NCBI GenBank assembly: GCA_037045245.1
Contig: JBAOHR010000004.1
Coordinates: 751 to 64,750, forward strand
Reading direction: 5' to 3'
Length of the DNA stretch: 64,000 nucleotides
DNA from: Gemmatimonadales bacterium
Lineage (GTDB): Bacteria > Gemmatimonadota > Gemmatimonadetes > Gemmatimonadales > GWC2-71-9
The notes beneath the pieces are model-generated. The model searched no databases. It was not told where the DNA came from and saw only the letters and a program-made list of their open reading frames with translations. The position numbers and the translations under genes were made by a program. Numbering within the stretch: position 1 is the first letter of the stretch; every line of letters begins with the position of its first letter. This document shows, in pieces, positions 45,309-54,885 of this stretch.

Positions 45309-47098
45309 CCCCGGCCACCCTGAACGACCTCTACTTCGAGGCGGCGGCCAGGTTCGGTCAGCGACCGGTGGTGATGCGGATCAAGCGCGACGGCCGCTGG
45401 CAGCCCACCAGCTGGCCGACCCTCCACGCCAAGGTGCGCCAGGCGCATGCCGCCCTGCGCGACCTGGGGCTCTCGCCCGGTGACCGCATCGGGATCCTCT
45501 CGGAGAATCGGCCCGAATGGGCGATCACCGACTTCGGTTGCCTCGCCGCCCGCCTCGTCGACGTCCCGATCTATCCCACCCTCCCCGCCCGCCAGATGCA
45601 GTACATCCTCCACGACGCCGGCGTGCGGGTGCTCTTCGTGTCGTCGCTGGTCCAGCTCGCGAAGATCCTCGAGATTCGCGCCGAATTGCCGGCGCTGACG
45701 CGCGTGGTGCTCTTCGATGAGGGGCCGAGGCCGGAGGGCGTCGAGTCGTTCACCGAGTTCCTCGCGCACGGCGCCTCCGTGGCCGATCAGTATCCGGCGT
45801 GGGAGGCCGAGGCCCGGCGGGCCCTGCCGGGCGACCTCGCGACGCTGATCTACACCTCCGGCACCACCGGCAATCCGAAGGGCGTGATGCTCTCGCACGG
45901 GAACATCACCAGCAACGTGGTCTCGTCGCTGTCCGTGCTCGACATCCGCGACCAGGACGAGTGCCTCTCCTTCCTGCCGCTGTCGCACATCTTCGAGCGG
46001 ATGGTGGGGCACTACGTGATGGTGTACGCCGGCGTGCAGATCAGCTATGCCACGTCGAACGACACCGTGGCCGCCGAACTGGTCGAGGTGCGGCCGACCG
46101 TGCTGGCCTCGGTGCCCCGGCTCTACGAGAAGATCTATGCGCGCGCCGTCGAGGGCGCGATGTCGGCCGGCGGGCCGAAGCGGGCGATCTTCGAATGGGC
46201 GCGTGCGACCGGCGAGAAATACCTCGACTACACCCTGCTTCGGCGGCGCGTCCCGCTCGGGCTCGTCCTCGGCATGAAGCTCGCCGACGCGCTGGTGTTC
46301 TCGAAGCTGCGGGCGCGCACCGGCGGGCGGATCCGGATGATGGTCTCCGGCGGCGCGCCGCTCAATCCGGAGATCTGCCGCTTCTTCATCGCGGCAAAGC
46401 TGGTGATCTACGAAGGGTACGGGCTGACCGAGACGTCGCCGGTGATCACGGTGAACACGCCCGCGCTGCACAAGCCGGGCACCGTGGGGCGCCCGATCCC
46501 GGGCGTCGAGGTGAAGATCGCCGGCGATGGCGAGATCCTCACCCGGGGTCCGCACGTCATGCAGGGGTACTACAATCTCCCCGGGGCGACCGACGAGGCG
46601 ATCGACGCCGATCGCTGGTTCCACACCGGCGACATCGGCGAGATCGACAGCGAGGGATGCCTCCGCATCACCGATCGGAAGAAGGACCTGATCGTGACGG
46701 CCGGCGGGAAGAACATCGCGCCGCAGCCGATCGAGGGACTGCTGAAGACCAACAAGTTCTTCACCAACGCGGTCATGCTCGGCGACAAGCGGAAGTTCCC
46801 GATCATGCTGCTGGTGCCGAACTTCCCGGTGCTCGCGGCCTGGCTCACGATCAAGGGACTGCCGAAGCTCCCGCCCGAGAAGCTGGTCACCATGCCCGAG
46901 GTGCAGGACAAGCTGGCGCGCGAGGCGCGCAAGAGTCTCCGCGATCTCGCGCAGTTCGAGACCCCGAAGAAGTTCCTGCTGCTGCCCCACGACTTCACGA
47001 TCGAGGCCGGTGAACTCACGCCGAAGCAGTCGATCCGCCGGCGCGTGGTCGAGGCGCGCTACAAGGAACAGATCGAGGCGCTGTACCTCGAGGAGTAG
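45305..47098 (+). CDS. fadD: Long-chain fatty acid-CoA ligase
   Basis: YTSGTTGNPKGV, FLPLSHIFER, EGYGLTE, WFHTGDIG, DRKKDLI. Confidence 0.93.
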   Translation: MTPATLNDLYFEAAARFGQRPVVMRIKRDGRWQPTSWPTLHAKVRQAHAALRDLGLSPGDRIGILSENRPEWAITDFGCLAARLVDVPIYPTLPARQMQYILHDAGVRVLFVSSLVQLAKILEIRAELPALTRVVLFDEGPRPEGVESFTEFLAHGASVADQYPAWEAEARRALPGDLATLIYTSGTTGNPKGVMLSHGNITSNVVSSLSVLDIRDQDECLSFLPLSHIFERMVGHYVMVYAGVQISYATSNDTVAAELVEVRPTVLASVPRLYEKIYARAVEGAMSAGGPKRAIFEWARATGEKYLDYTLLRRRVPLGLVLGMKLADALVFSKLRARTGGRIRMMVSGGAPLNPEICRFFIAAKLVIYEGYGLTETSPVITVNTPALHKPGTVGRPIPGVEVKIAGDGEILTRGPHVMQGYYNLPGATDEAIDADRWFHTGDIGEIDSEGCLRITDRKKDLIVTAGGKNIAPQPIEGLLKTNKFFTNAVMLGDKRKFPIMLLVPNFPVLAAWLTIKGLPKLPPEKLVTMPEVQDKLAREARKSLRDLAQFETPKKFLLLPHDFTIEAGELTPKQSIRRRVVEARYKEQIEALYLEE

Positions 47099-47104
47099 CG
47101 GGCC

Positions 47105-47680
47105 TCAGCCCGCTCGCACCACCCACAGTCCGCCCGCTTCCGCCAGCAGCTCGTGCCGCACGCCGCCGGCTGGCGGCTGCCCCACGCCGACCCCCCGCAA
47201 CCCCGGCAGCACGCTCCCGAGCGCCTGCTCGGTCCAATGCTCGACGCCCGCGCCAAGGGCCACGCCGCGGAGCGCGTGTTGCTTGATCGGCCAGCGACCG
47301 CTCCGGAGCAACTGCACCCCGCCCTCCGGTCGCAGCGACGGCGGCGGATTGATCGCCACCACGCCCACTCCCGGCAACAGCGCACTGACCGCCGGCGCCA
47401 GCGCCGCGAGGGTCCCCGCCAGCACCATCCAGCCCCCCGCCCCTTCGATCCCGAGCGTCGCGACCACCGCCTCGGCGTCGCAGGGAGGATCTCCCATCGC
47501 GACGACCCCACCGCCGAAATCGGGGGCCCCATCGTCCCAGCGCGTGGCCCACTCGCAGATCGGACATCCCAGTTCGCCAGCCATCACGCGACGACCCTCC
47601 ATGCGGCCCGGCAACAGGACGAGGAAGGCCTCGTCATGCGGCTCGGGACAGCGGAGGTGGTCGGTGAGTTCGATATGCAT
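47105..47680 (-). CDS. Hypothetical protein with Trm112-like Zn-knuckle N-terminus
   Basis: LRCPEPH...GELGCPIC...G.PDF; Gly-rich C-terminal domain. Confidence 0.6.
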   Translation of the reverse strand: MHIELTDHLRCPEPHDEAFLVLLPGRMEGRRVMAGELGCPICEWATRWDDGAPDFGGGVVAMGDPPCDAEAVVATLGIEGAGGWMVLAGTLAALAPAVSALLPGVGVVAINPPPSLRPEGGVQLLRSGRWPIKQHALRGVALGAGVEHWTEQALGSVLPGLRGVGVGQPPAGGVRHELLAEAGGLWVVRAG

Positions 47681-47826
47681 GGGGTGAGGGGTGAGGGGTG
47701 GGGGGTGAGGGGTGAACGGTGAACGGGATCAAGGTAAGACGTAAAACGTGAAACGGGGGCTCGTCCACGGTTCACGTTTCACGTCTCACGTCTCACGTTT
47801 CGCCCCGTTCACCGTTCACCGTTCAC
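47681..47826. repeat. Heptamer-built inverted repeat filling the whole intergenic space
   Basis: GGGGTGA/ACGGTGA/AAACGTG units, then TTTCACG/TCTCACG/CCGTTCA units; shares AGACGTAAAACGTGAAACGG with the 34364 element. Confidence 0.85.
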
Positions 47827-48522
47827 CTACGCCGCTCCCAGCCGAATCACTTCAATCTGCACGTGCTTCGGCGCGGCCACGGCGTAGAGGATCGCATCGG
47901 CCACGTCGCTCGGGCGGAGCATCTCGGCGCGACTCGGCAGGTCGCCCCGGGTGTCGGGATCCATCGGGTCCCAGATGGTGGTGTCGGTCGGCCCGGGCGA
48001 CACGAGGGTGCAGCGGACGCCGCTGCCGCGCATCTCCTCGAGCAGCACCTCATGGAGGCCACGGGCGCCGAACTTCGAGGCGGAATACGCGGCGTTCTCC
48101 GGAAAGGCGCGCCAGTCCGCGATGCTGCCGACGAGGACGTGGGCGCCGTGTCCGCGCAGCCGCATCGCCGGCAGGAAGGTCCGGGCCACCGCAAACGGTG
48201 CTTCGAGGTTGATCGCGAGTTGTTCGCGCAGGAGGGAGTCGCTGCTCTCTTCGAGCGGCGCAAGGAGGAAGGAGCCGGCGTTGTTCACGACCACATCGGG
48301 GACACCGAAGTCGCGCGCGATGGTGGCGAGCGCATCGGCGCGCGCCGCATGCTCGGCGAGATCCGCGGCAACGTCGTGACAGTGCGCCAACGGCGGCATG
48401 GCCGACCGGGCGATACGGATCACACGGTACCCCGCCCCGACGAGGGCGATTGCCGTGGCGGCGCCGATGCCGCGCGAGGCACCGGTCACCAGGGCCAGCG
48501 GGCGGAGCGCGCTGTCGCTCAT
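47827..48522 (-). CDS. Short-chain dehydrogenase/reductase
   Basis: TGASRGIG, NNAG, YSASK. Confidence 0.9.
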   Translation of the reverse strand: MSDSALRPLALVTGASRGIGAATAIALVGAGYRVIRIARSAMPPLAHCHDVAADLAEHAARADALATIARDFGVPDVVVNNAGSFLLAPLEESSDSLLREQLAINLEAPFAVARTFLPAMRLRGHGAHVLVGSIADWRAFPENAAYSASKFGARGLHEVLLEEMRGSGVRCTLVSPGPTDTTIWDPMDPDTRGDLPSRAEMLRPSDVADAILYAVAAPKHVQIEVIRLGAA

Positions 48523-48938
48523 GTGTCGGGTCCCTCGTATTCGACGTAGTTGCGCTGTGTCTCCCAAAGGCGCACGCGAACCAGGCGCCCAGCGGGGATC
48601 CGCGCGGCCAGCTGTTCCCAGATGTACACCGCGATGTTCTCCGCCGAGGCGAGGCGTGTCGCGAACCAGGGGACATCGAGGTTCAGGTTGCGATGGTCGA
48701 GGTGCGCGTGCACGTGCTCCTCGAAGAGTGCGGTGAGCAGCGCGACGTCGACGACGTAGCCGGTCTCCGGGTCGATCGGCCCCGCCACGCACAGTTCCAC
48801 TTCGTAGTTGTGGCCATGGTAATTCGGGTTGTTGCACGGCCCGAACGTCGCCCGGTTCCACTCGTCGGAGCGGGCCGGGTTGTGCAACCGGTGAGCGGCG
48901 TTGAAATGCGCGCGGCGGACCACGATGGCGTGCGGCAT
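48519..48938 (-). CDS. 6-pyruvoyl-tetrahydropterin synthase (PTPS/QueD family, animal-type motif)
   Basis: FNAAHRL, FGPCNNPNYHGHNY, LDHRNLNLDVP, SAENIAVYIW, WET. Confidence 0.9.
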   Translation of the reverse strand: MPHAIVVRRAHFNAAHRLHNPARSDEWNRATFGPCNNPNYHGHNYEVELCVAGPIDPETGYVVDVALLTALFEEHVHAHLDHRNLNLDVPWFATRLASAENIAVYIWEQLAARIPAGRLVRVRLWETQRNYVEYEGPDT

Positions 48939-48990
48939 GAGGCGTCCATGGGCGGAAATGCGAACGGCGCTACCTCGGGGAGGCGGCGCC

Positions 48991-49163
48991 GGATGGACGA
49001 ACGATGGCGGGGATGGAGAATTTCGAAGCCCGTGGAGACACTTTTGGCGCCCTCTCCCTGTCGTCCGTCTTCCCCCGAGGGGCGTGGCGTCGGACCTGGA
49101 ATGTGGGCCCATCCTCGGACCTGTTGGCTCGAAACGTTGGCTCCCCGCCACCGTCCGGCCACC
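48991..49163 (-). ncRNA. ssrS: Probable 6S RNA
   Basis: About 173-nt rod: GACGGTGGCGGGGA pairs with TCCCCGCCATCGTT and TTTCGAGCC with GGCTTCGAAA. Central bubble, GGGCCC/GGGCGCC apical stem, own promoter and a downstream hairpin (48966-48990). Confidence 0.7.
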
Positions 49164-49167
49164 GGTT

Positions 49168-49196
49168 ATAATACGGCGGCGCAGGAAGGGCGTCAA
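49168..49196 (-). promoter_or_regulatory. Sigma70 promoter of the 6S-like RNA
   Basis: TTGACG-N17-TATTAT. Confidence 0.75.
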
Positions 49197-49222
49197 CAAT
49201 CTCCTACCCCCGAGAAGCCCAC

Positions 49223-49387
49223 GTGTTCGATCTGGTTGCCGGCCTCCTGCTCGTCGCGATCTGGGGTGTGCTCCAGTTCGTCGTGCAACCCACGACGGGG
49301 TTGATCCACATCCTGCTCGGCGCCGGCGTGATCGCGATCATCCGCGGCATCGTGCGGCTCTCACCCGGCACGCCCGTCAGGCGCTGA
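49223..49387 (+). CDS. 54-aa membrane peptide (lmo0937/DUF5670-like), absent from the ORF track
   Basis: MFDLVAGLLLVAIWGVLQFVVQPTTGLIHILLGAGVIAIIRGIVR...; G-LIHILL motif. Confidence 0.65.
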   Translation: MFDLVAGLLLVAIWGVLQFVVQPTTGLIHILLGAGVIAIIRGIVRLSPGTPVRR

Positions 49388-49802
49388 GCACCGCCAGCGC
49401 CGGCGCGACCAGGTCGGGTCGCAGCCGCGTCGCCTCCCGCAGGTAGACGTGGCGCACCTCGCGCCGTCCCCACACCCGTTCCACGTGCACCAGCAGCCGC
49501 AGGCAGCGCGGCATCGATCCCGGCACGGCGATCTCCAACGTGCACAGCAGGGGCACGCGATGCCACCCCGCCGCCCGCGCGGTCTCCGCCGGGAAGGCGG
49601 CGGAGAGGTCGGCCGTCGCGGTGAAGATCGCGCTGATGACCTCGTGGTCGCCCAGCGCATTCTCCCGGCGGACGGCATCGAGCAGCTCGATCACCGCCTC
49701 GCGGATCGCCGCCGCATCGTCGGTCGGCACGGTGATCGCGCCGCGAATCGCGCGGACCGACGGAAAGCCCAGCGCGCGCGCCATCATGCGCCGGAGACTC
49801 AT
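49377..49802 (-). CDS. aroH: Chorismate mutase, AroH class
   Basis: VRAIRGAITV, IFTATADL..AFPA..AR, VPLLC..EI.VPGSMPRCLR, HVYL....LRPDL. Confidence 0.92.
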   Translation of the reverse strand: MSLRRMMARALGFPSVRAIRGAITVPTDDAAAIREAVIELLDAVRRENALGDHEVISAIFTATADLSAAFPAETARAAGWHRVPLLCTLEIAVPGSMPRCLRLLVHVERVWGRREVRHVYLREATRLRPDLVAPALAVLSA

Positions 49803-50356
49803 GCCGCCGCCCGGGCCGCGATGGCGACCACGACGAAGTCGGTGCGATTGTCCGGCGCATCGGCGATCCCCTCGGCGATGATCGCGAGTCCGTAATGCGA
49901 CGCCGCCTCGACGCCGGCAATCGCCGCGCGGCTGTAGTCCCGATCCGTGGCGATCGCGCGCGCCGCGCCCGCGGTGTCCGCCACCGCGCGCGGCGTGAGC
50001 CGTTGGGCCGAGAGCCACCGCGCGCATTGCGCCAGCGCCGCCGGATGGCTCTCCACCCACCGCAGCGACGCGAGATCGGCCCCGGGCAGCGCCAGCAGGC
50101 AGTGGCGGACCGGTATCGCCACCCGGTTGACGACGGTGAGGCCGGAGACCGCGCGGAGGGCATCGTGGGCCTCGACCACGCGGCCGATCACGCTGTTGGT
50201 GACGGGCAGGATCGCGAGATCGACCGCCCCACTCGCCACCGCCCGCACCACCCCGGCAAAGTCGGCGGTCGGCACCAGGCGAGCCTTGGGATACAGGGTG
50301 CGAGCGGCGAGTTCGCTGTAGGCGCCCGGGGCGCCCTGGTAGGCAATGCGGGTCAT
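49799..50356 (-). CDS. pheA: Prephenate dehydratase, catalytic domain only
   Basis: IAYQGAPGAYSE, LPVTNSVIG, SHPAALAQC, DTAGAA, DNRTDF; no ACT domain. Confidence 0.85.
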   Translation of the reverse strand: MTRIAYQGAPGAYSELAARTLYPKARLVPTADFAGVVRAVASGAVDLAILPVTNSVIGRVVEAHDALRAVSGLTVVNRVAIPVRHCLLALPGADLASLRWVESHPAALAQCARWLSAQRLTPRAVADTAGAARAIATDRDYSRAAIAGVEAASHYGLAIIAEGIADAPDNRTDFVVVAIAARAAA

Positions 50357-50377
50357 GCGTGCTCCTGGGACTGGGAC

Positions 50378-50415
50378 ACAAACGAAGCGGCCCCCTCGGA
50401 TTCCGAGGGGGCCGC
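50378..50415 (-). terminator. Attenuator terminator upstream of pheA
   Basis: GCGGCCCCCTCGG-AAT-CCGAGGGGGCCGC followed by TTCGTTTGT. Confidence 0.8.
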
Positions 50416-50439
50416 CGGATCACTCGTGCTGCGCTCGTT

Positions 50440-50520
50440 CTAGCGCAAACGCCGGTGCCCGGCCCCCTCGGTGAGGAAGGCCGTAAAGGCAAAAGCGTAA
50501 AACATCGCGGCGCGAGTCAT
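50440..50520 (-). CDS. Phe-rich leader peptide (pheL-like), absent from the ORF track
   Basis: MTRAAMFYAFAFTAFLTEGAGHRRLR*, with 4 Phe + 1 Tyr in 9 codons. Confidence 0.8.
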   Translation of the reverse strand: MTRAAMFYAFAFTAFLTEGAGHRRLR

Positions 50521-50525
50521 GTCTC

Positions 50526-50555
50526 ACGTTACCCAGCGGACCGCCGAGGCGTCAA
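50526..50555 (-). promoter_or_regulatory. Sigma70 promoter of the phe leader
   Basis: TTGACG-N18-TAACGT, 5 nt before the leader ATG. Confidence 0.6.
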
Positions 50556-50601
50556 GGGGGGTTATTCATTGGGGACCATCCGCCTCTACCCGGACCCTGC
50601 C

Positions 50602-52241
50602 ATGCCCTCCCCCCACGTCGTCACCCACGCCGCCCCCGATTTCGGCCGCCGCTCGCCGGGCACCTCGGGGCTCCGCCGCCCCACCGCCGAGTTCCGGGCG
50701 CCGCACTACCTCGCCTCCTTTGCCGCGGCAATCCTCGGCGAGGCCGTTCCGCGGGGCGGTGCGACCCTGGTGCTCGGTGGCGATGGCCGCACCTTCGTCG
50801 CGGAAGCGGTGCAGCAGATCCTCAAGCTCGCCGCGGCCTGGGGGGTCGAGCGGACGATCGTCGGACAGGGGGGCCTGCTCTCGACGCCAGCCGCGTCGCA
50901 CCTGATCCGACTCCGCGGCGCAGTCGGTGGCATCATCCTCTCGGCCTCACACAATCCCGGTGGTCCTGAAGGCGACTTCGGCATCAAGTACAACGGCGCC
51001 AACGGTGGTCCGGTCCCGCCGGCGGTCACCGACGCCATCGCCGCGCGCGCCGAGGCACTGCGCGAGTACCAGCTGCTCGATCACCCCGACGTGCCGCTCG
51101 ACCGGATCGGCACATCGCAACTCGGCACGATGGTGGTCGAGGTGATCGATCCCGTCGCCGACTACGCGACGCTGATGGAATCGCTGGTCGACGTCGCCGC
51201 GATCCGCGCCCTCTTCGGGCGCGGCTTCACGATGCGCTTCGACGCGATGCACGCCGTCACCGGGCCATACGCCGTCGAACTGCTCGAGCGGCGCTGCGGA
51301 GCGCCCGCTGGCACGGTGGTGCGCGGCACGCCGCTGCCGGATTTCGGCGGGGAGCATCCCGACCCGAACCTGGTCCACGCCGCGGAACTGGTCGAGGCGG
51401 TGATGCACCAGGGCCGGTATGACTTCGGGGCCGCGTCCGACGGGGACGGCGATCGCAACATGATCCTCGGTCGGGGGTCTACGTCGCACCGTCGGATTCC
51501 CTGGCGGTGCTGGCCGCGCATCTCCCCCTCCTTCCGGGGTACGCCGCCGGCCTCGCCGGCGTCGCGCGATCGATGCCGACGTCCCGCGCCGTAGACCGGG
51601 TGGCCGCGGCGCTCGGCGTGCCGTGCTACGAGACGCCCACGGGGTGGAAGTTCTTCTGCTCGCTGCTCGATGCCGGGAAGATCACGCTCTGCGGCGAGGA
51701 GAGCTTCGGCACCGGCTCGTTGCACGTCCGCGAGAAGGACGGGTTGTGGGCCGTCCTCTGCTGGCTCAACATCCTCGCCGTGTCGGGCCACTCGGTGCGT
51801 GAACTGCTCGAGGCACACTGGCGGCGGTTTGGCCGCGACTACTACACGCGTCACGACTACGAGGACGTCAGCACTGCGGCCGGCGAGGCCGTGATGGCCG
51901 GCCTTCGCGAGCGGCTCGCGACGTTGCCGGGCACCACCGTGGCCGGTCGCACGATCCTCGCGGCCGACGACTTCGCCTTCACCGATCCCGTCGACGGCTC
52001 GACGGCGACGGCGCAGGGGATCCGGCTGGAGCTCGATGGGGATGCGCGGATCGTGGTGCGACTCTCGGGCACGGGGACGCGCGGCGCCACGATCCGGCTC
52101 TACCTGGAGCAGGTCGGCACCGGCGCGCCGGCCGTCGACGATGACGTGCAGGCGGTGCTCGCGGAAGTCGTCGGGGTCGCGCTGGCGGTCACCGACATCG
52201 CGGCGTGCACGGGACGCGCGGCGCCGACCGTCATCACCTGA
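50602..52241 (+). CDS. pgm: Phosphoglucomutase, one frameshift near 51478
   Basis: GTSGLR, LSASHNPGG, DGDGDRNMI, then ETPTGWKFF, CGEESFG, REKDG, RLSGTG, PTVIT. Confidence 0.92.
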
Positions 52242-52250
52242 GCGGGGCGC

Positions 52251-53213
52251 TCAGATCTCCCAGTTCGAGAGCAGCACGCCCCGCACCGGCGCCTCGGCGT
52301 GGCCCGTGTAGGTCAGCCGCAGGTCGGTCCAGTGCACCCGGTATTCCTCCGCGACCAGCAGGGCAAAGAACGCCTGCTGCACCCCCTGGCATCGCACCGA
52401 CACGACAGGCAGGCCGATCGCCGCTGCCTCGCGTTCGACCGCGGCGAGGAGCTCCCCCGCAGTGTCCGTGTCCGGCGCCACCAGCTTCAGGACGCGCACC
52501 TCCTCGGGCGGACGACCCTGCGCGAGCGCCGCGGTGTGCCAGAGCGCGAAGGCGCGCAGCGTCCCGTCGGCGCGACGCAGCAGCGTGACGTCACCGAGTC
52601 GCAACTCGAGGGTCAGCACCATCTCGCGGGTGAAGTCGACGCCGGCAGCGACCTGGGTCGACAGGGCGCGGCACTCAGCCAGCACGCTGTCCCGACGCCC
52701 GGCTTCGACCTCGCCCAGGCGGGTGGTCAGCGGCCCGCGCCGGCGCGGGTCGCGCCGTTGCAGCGTGATCGTCAGGTGCCCCGGGAGAAAGCCGAGGCCG
52801 GCATAGAAGCCGATGTTCTCGATGGTGCGCGGCATCGTCTCGAGCCCGATCGTTCGCACGCCCTGCGCCTGCAGCCAGGCCACGCCGGCGCGCACCACCT
52901 CGCGGCCGAGGCCCTGACCCTGGCGATCCGGACGGACGGCGAGCGGACCCATCCAGCCCTCGCTGCCTGAGCGGTGGACCATGCAGAACGCGATCAGTTC
53001 GTCGCGGGCGTCGCGCCAGACGAGGGCGCCCTCGGCCGCATCCTCGATGGCGTACTGCCAGATCACCGGATTCAGGAACGGCACGCGCACGCCCGAGAGG
53101 CCGTCGCGGCGGTAGCGCTCGGTGAACGCATCGGAGAAGAGACGGTTGAGCGCCTCGATGTCGGCCAGGGTGGCCCGGACGGGTCCGTGCACCGCGCGGT
53201 CAGGCCGCCACAT
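52251..53213 (-). CDS. GNAT family acetyltransferase
   Basis: GPLAVRPDRQGQGLG motif A, NIGFYAGLGF. Confidence 0.85.
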   Translation of the reverse strand: MWRPDRAVHGPVRATLADIEALNRLFSDAFTERYRRDGLSGVRVPFLNPVIWQYAIEDAAEGALVWRDARDELIAFCMVHRSGSEGWMGPLAVRPDRQGQGLGREVVRAGVAWLQAQGVRTIGLETMPRTIENIGFYAGLGFLPGHLTITLQRRDPRRRGPLTTRLGEVEAGRRDSVLAECRALSTQVAAGVDFTREMVLTLELRLGDVTLLRRADGTLRAFALWHTAALAQGRPPEEVRVLKLVAPDTDTAGELLAAVEREAAAIGLPVVSVRCQGVQQAFFALLVAEEYRVHWTDLRLTYTGHAEAPVRGVLLSNWEI

Positions 53214-53918
53214 CACCCGCCTCCAGCATTTCCTCGCGCGCGCTGCTCACCCGCCGCTCCACGTCATAGGTCATGCGGATGACCTGGTCGAAGGCGTCGC
53301 GCATCCCCTCGAGGTGCGTGATGAGGATCACCTGCGGGAAGCGATCCGCCAGCGCGCGCAGCAGGTCGAGCACCGATGCACGACGCTCCTCGTCGAGCGA
53401 CGAGAAGACCTCGTCGAGCACCAGCAGCGAGAGCGGCTGGCCGGCGCGCTCCGCGATCATTTGCGACAGCGCGAGCCGGAGCGCGAGGTTCACGACATCC
53501 TCCTCGCCGCCGGAGATCACCGGCTTTGCCTCGCCGTCCTCGACGATCGTCGGGATGTAGCTCTCGTCGAGTTCGAGGTCGGCGTAGCGTCCGGCGGTGA
53601 GATCCCGAAGCAGCGTGGAGGCGCGATCGGAGAGCTCCGGCCGCATCTGCAGGTTCAGTTCGGTGCGGAGGTCGCCAAAGGCGCGATCGAGCTCCTGCAG
53701 CATCGCCACCTCGACGCCGAGGCGCTTCGCGGTCTCCGCCTTCAGGGCGCGATCCGCCTGCCGCTGGAGCCCGCTGTCACGCATCCGCTCGGCGCCGCCG
53801 AGGTCCGCGGTGGCGCGGGCCACGAGCAGGCGCGCCGCCTGCAACGCGGCCTCGCCTTCGCGCACGCGTTCGGCCAGACGCGCATGACTCTCCGGGTCCC
53901 AGGCGAGCTCCGCGAGCA
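53200..53918 (-). CDS. SMC/SbcC (Rad50-like) ATPase, C-terminal fragment
   Basis: Coiled coil, ISGGEED, LVLDEVFSSLD, ILITH; 5' truncated at junction. Confidence 0.85.
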
Positions 53919-54104
53919 ACGCTGCTGGATTTTAAGTTCCGCGTGCTGAAACGCAAAGGTTACCAGTTTGTTGAGCCCCCATATCAGTCGGACAGCAAAT
54001 TCCTTCGGGACATAGAGGTAAGCTTCCATGAAGAGTGACACATTTGAGCGGGTCTATGTGGACGTGAAAGCCGCTTTCAACGTCGGCCGGGAAACTGATG
54101 CCGT

Positions 54105-54133
54105 TTGACAAAAAACCATGCCAACGGTATATT
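54105..54133 (+). promoter_or_regulatory. SigmaA/70 promoter
   Basis: TTGACA-N17-TATATT, about 190 nt before the NusG-paralog start. Confidence 0.7.
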
Positions 54134-54323
54134 ACTTTATAAAGCCAAGGAGGCTTTGAAGGCTTAAAGTTTTAAAAGCTTTCATCACCGGTGTTTACAA
54201 GCAGCGTGGCGCGTTTCCCTTGAGTTTCATTGGAAGTGTTAAATGCGAAGAAAAGTTTCTATCAATTTCGATGAATCACCTGAACAATCTTGTTCAAGCG
54301 AATGATTCGAAAGGGGCAAAGCT

Positions 54324-54843
54324 ATGGAATCTATCCCTGATTCTGCCGGTGCTGACCGATATACCTGTGTCTTTTGCAAGACCGGTTCAGAGCAATCTGT
54401 CGCGCATGCCATCATGGCATTGTTTCCCGGCCTGTACGCGACACCCGTGCGTCAGATCAAACACCAAAGCACAAATGGCGTTAAGACACTCAAAGAGCAA
54501 ATTCTCTTGCCGGGGTACGTATTTATATCCGTACCCTTTGATATTACAGGGGTCAATTTGTATGATTGCGGCCGTCTGCCGGGATGTATACCGGCTCCTG
54601 AAAGACGGCGAGGGGCATTGGGAATTCCAGGGGGAGGATGAGGCATTTGCCCGCTGGATCATCAATAACAAGGGCTTGATCGGCTTGTCTCAGGCCTACA
54701 TGGCGGGGGACAAGGTACAGCTGCTCTCCTGTTCGTTGAAGGAGCGGGAGGGCAACATCATCAAGATTGACCGCCGCGGCCGCAACGGCCTCATTGAGTT
54801 CACCTTCGACGGACGCGCGCGGCGGGTCTGGCTGGCGTTCTGA
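54324..54843 (+). CDS. NusG paralog antiterminator (LoaP/UpxY-like), frameshift near 54570
   Basis: NGN domain (VFCKTGSE...LLPGYVFI) + KOW domain (GDKV....LK..EG.IIKIDRR). Confidence 0.78.
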
Positions 54844-54844
54844 G

Positions 54845-54884
54845 TTTACGGAAATGCGCAGGCTGTGAAGCGCATTTCCGTAAA
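54845..54884. terminator. 15-bp stem hairpin immediately after the NusG paralog
   Basis: TTTACGGAAATGCGC-N10-GCGCATTTCCGTAAA. Confidence 0.65.
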
Positions 54885-54885
54885 T

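Noticed and set aside
49040..49125. SRP RNA, suggested by CAGGTCCG motifs
   Set aside because: Lacks the GNRA-capped helix 8 with AGCAG. The overall rod and bubble fit 6S RNA better.
53920..54108. Short ORF fragments after the junction
   Set aside because: Probably the 3' end of a truncated gene, but no recognisable motif and the frame is ambiguous.
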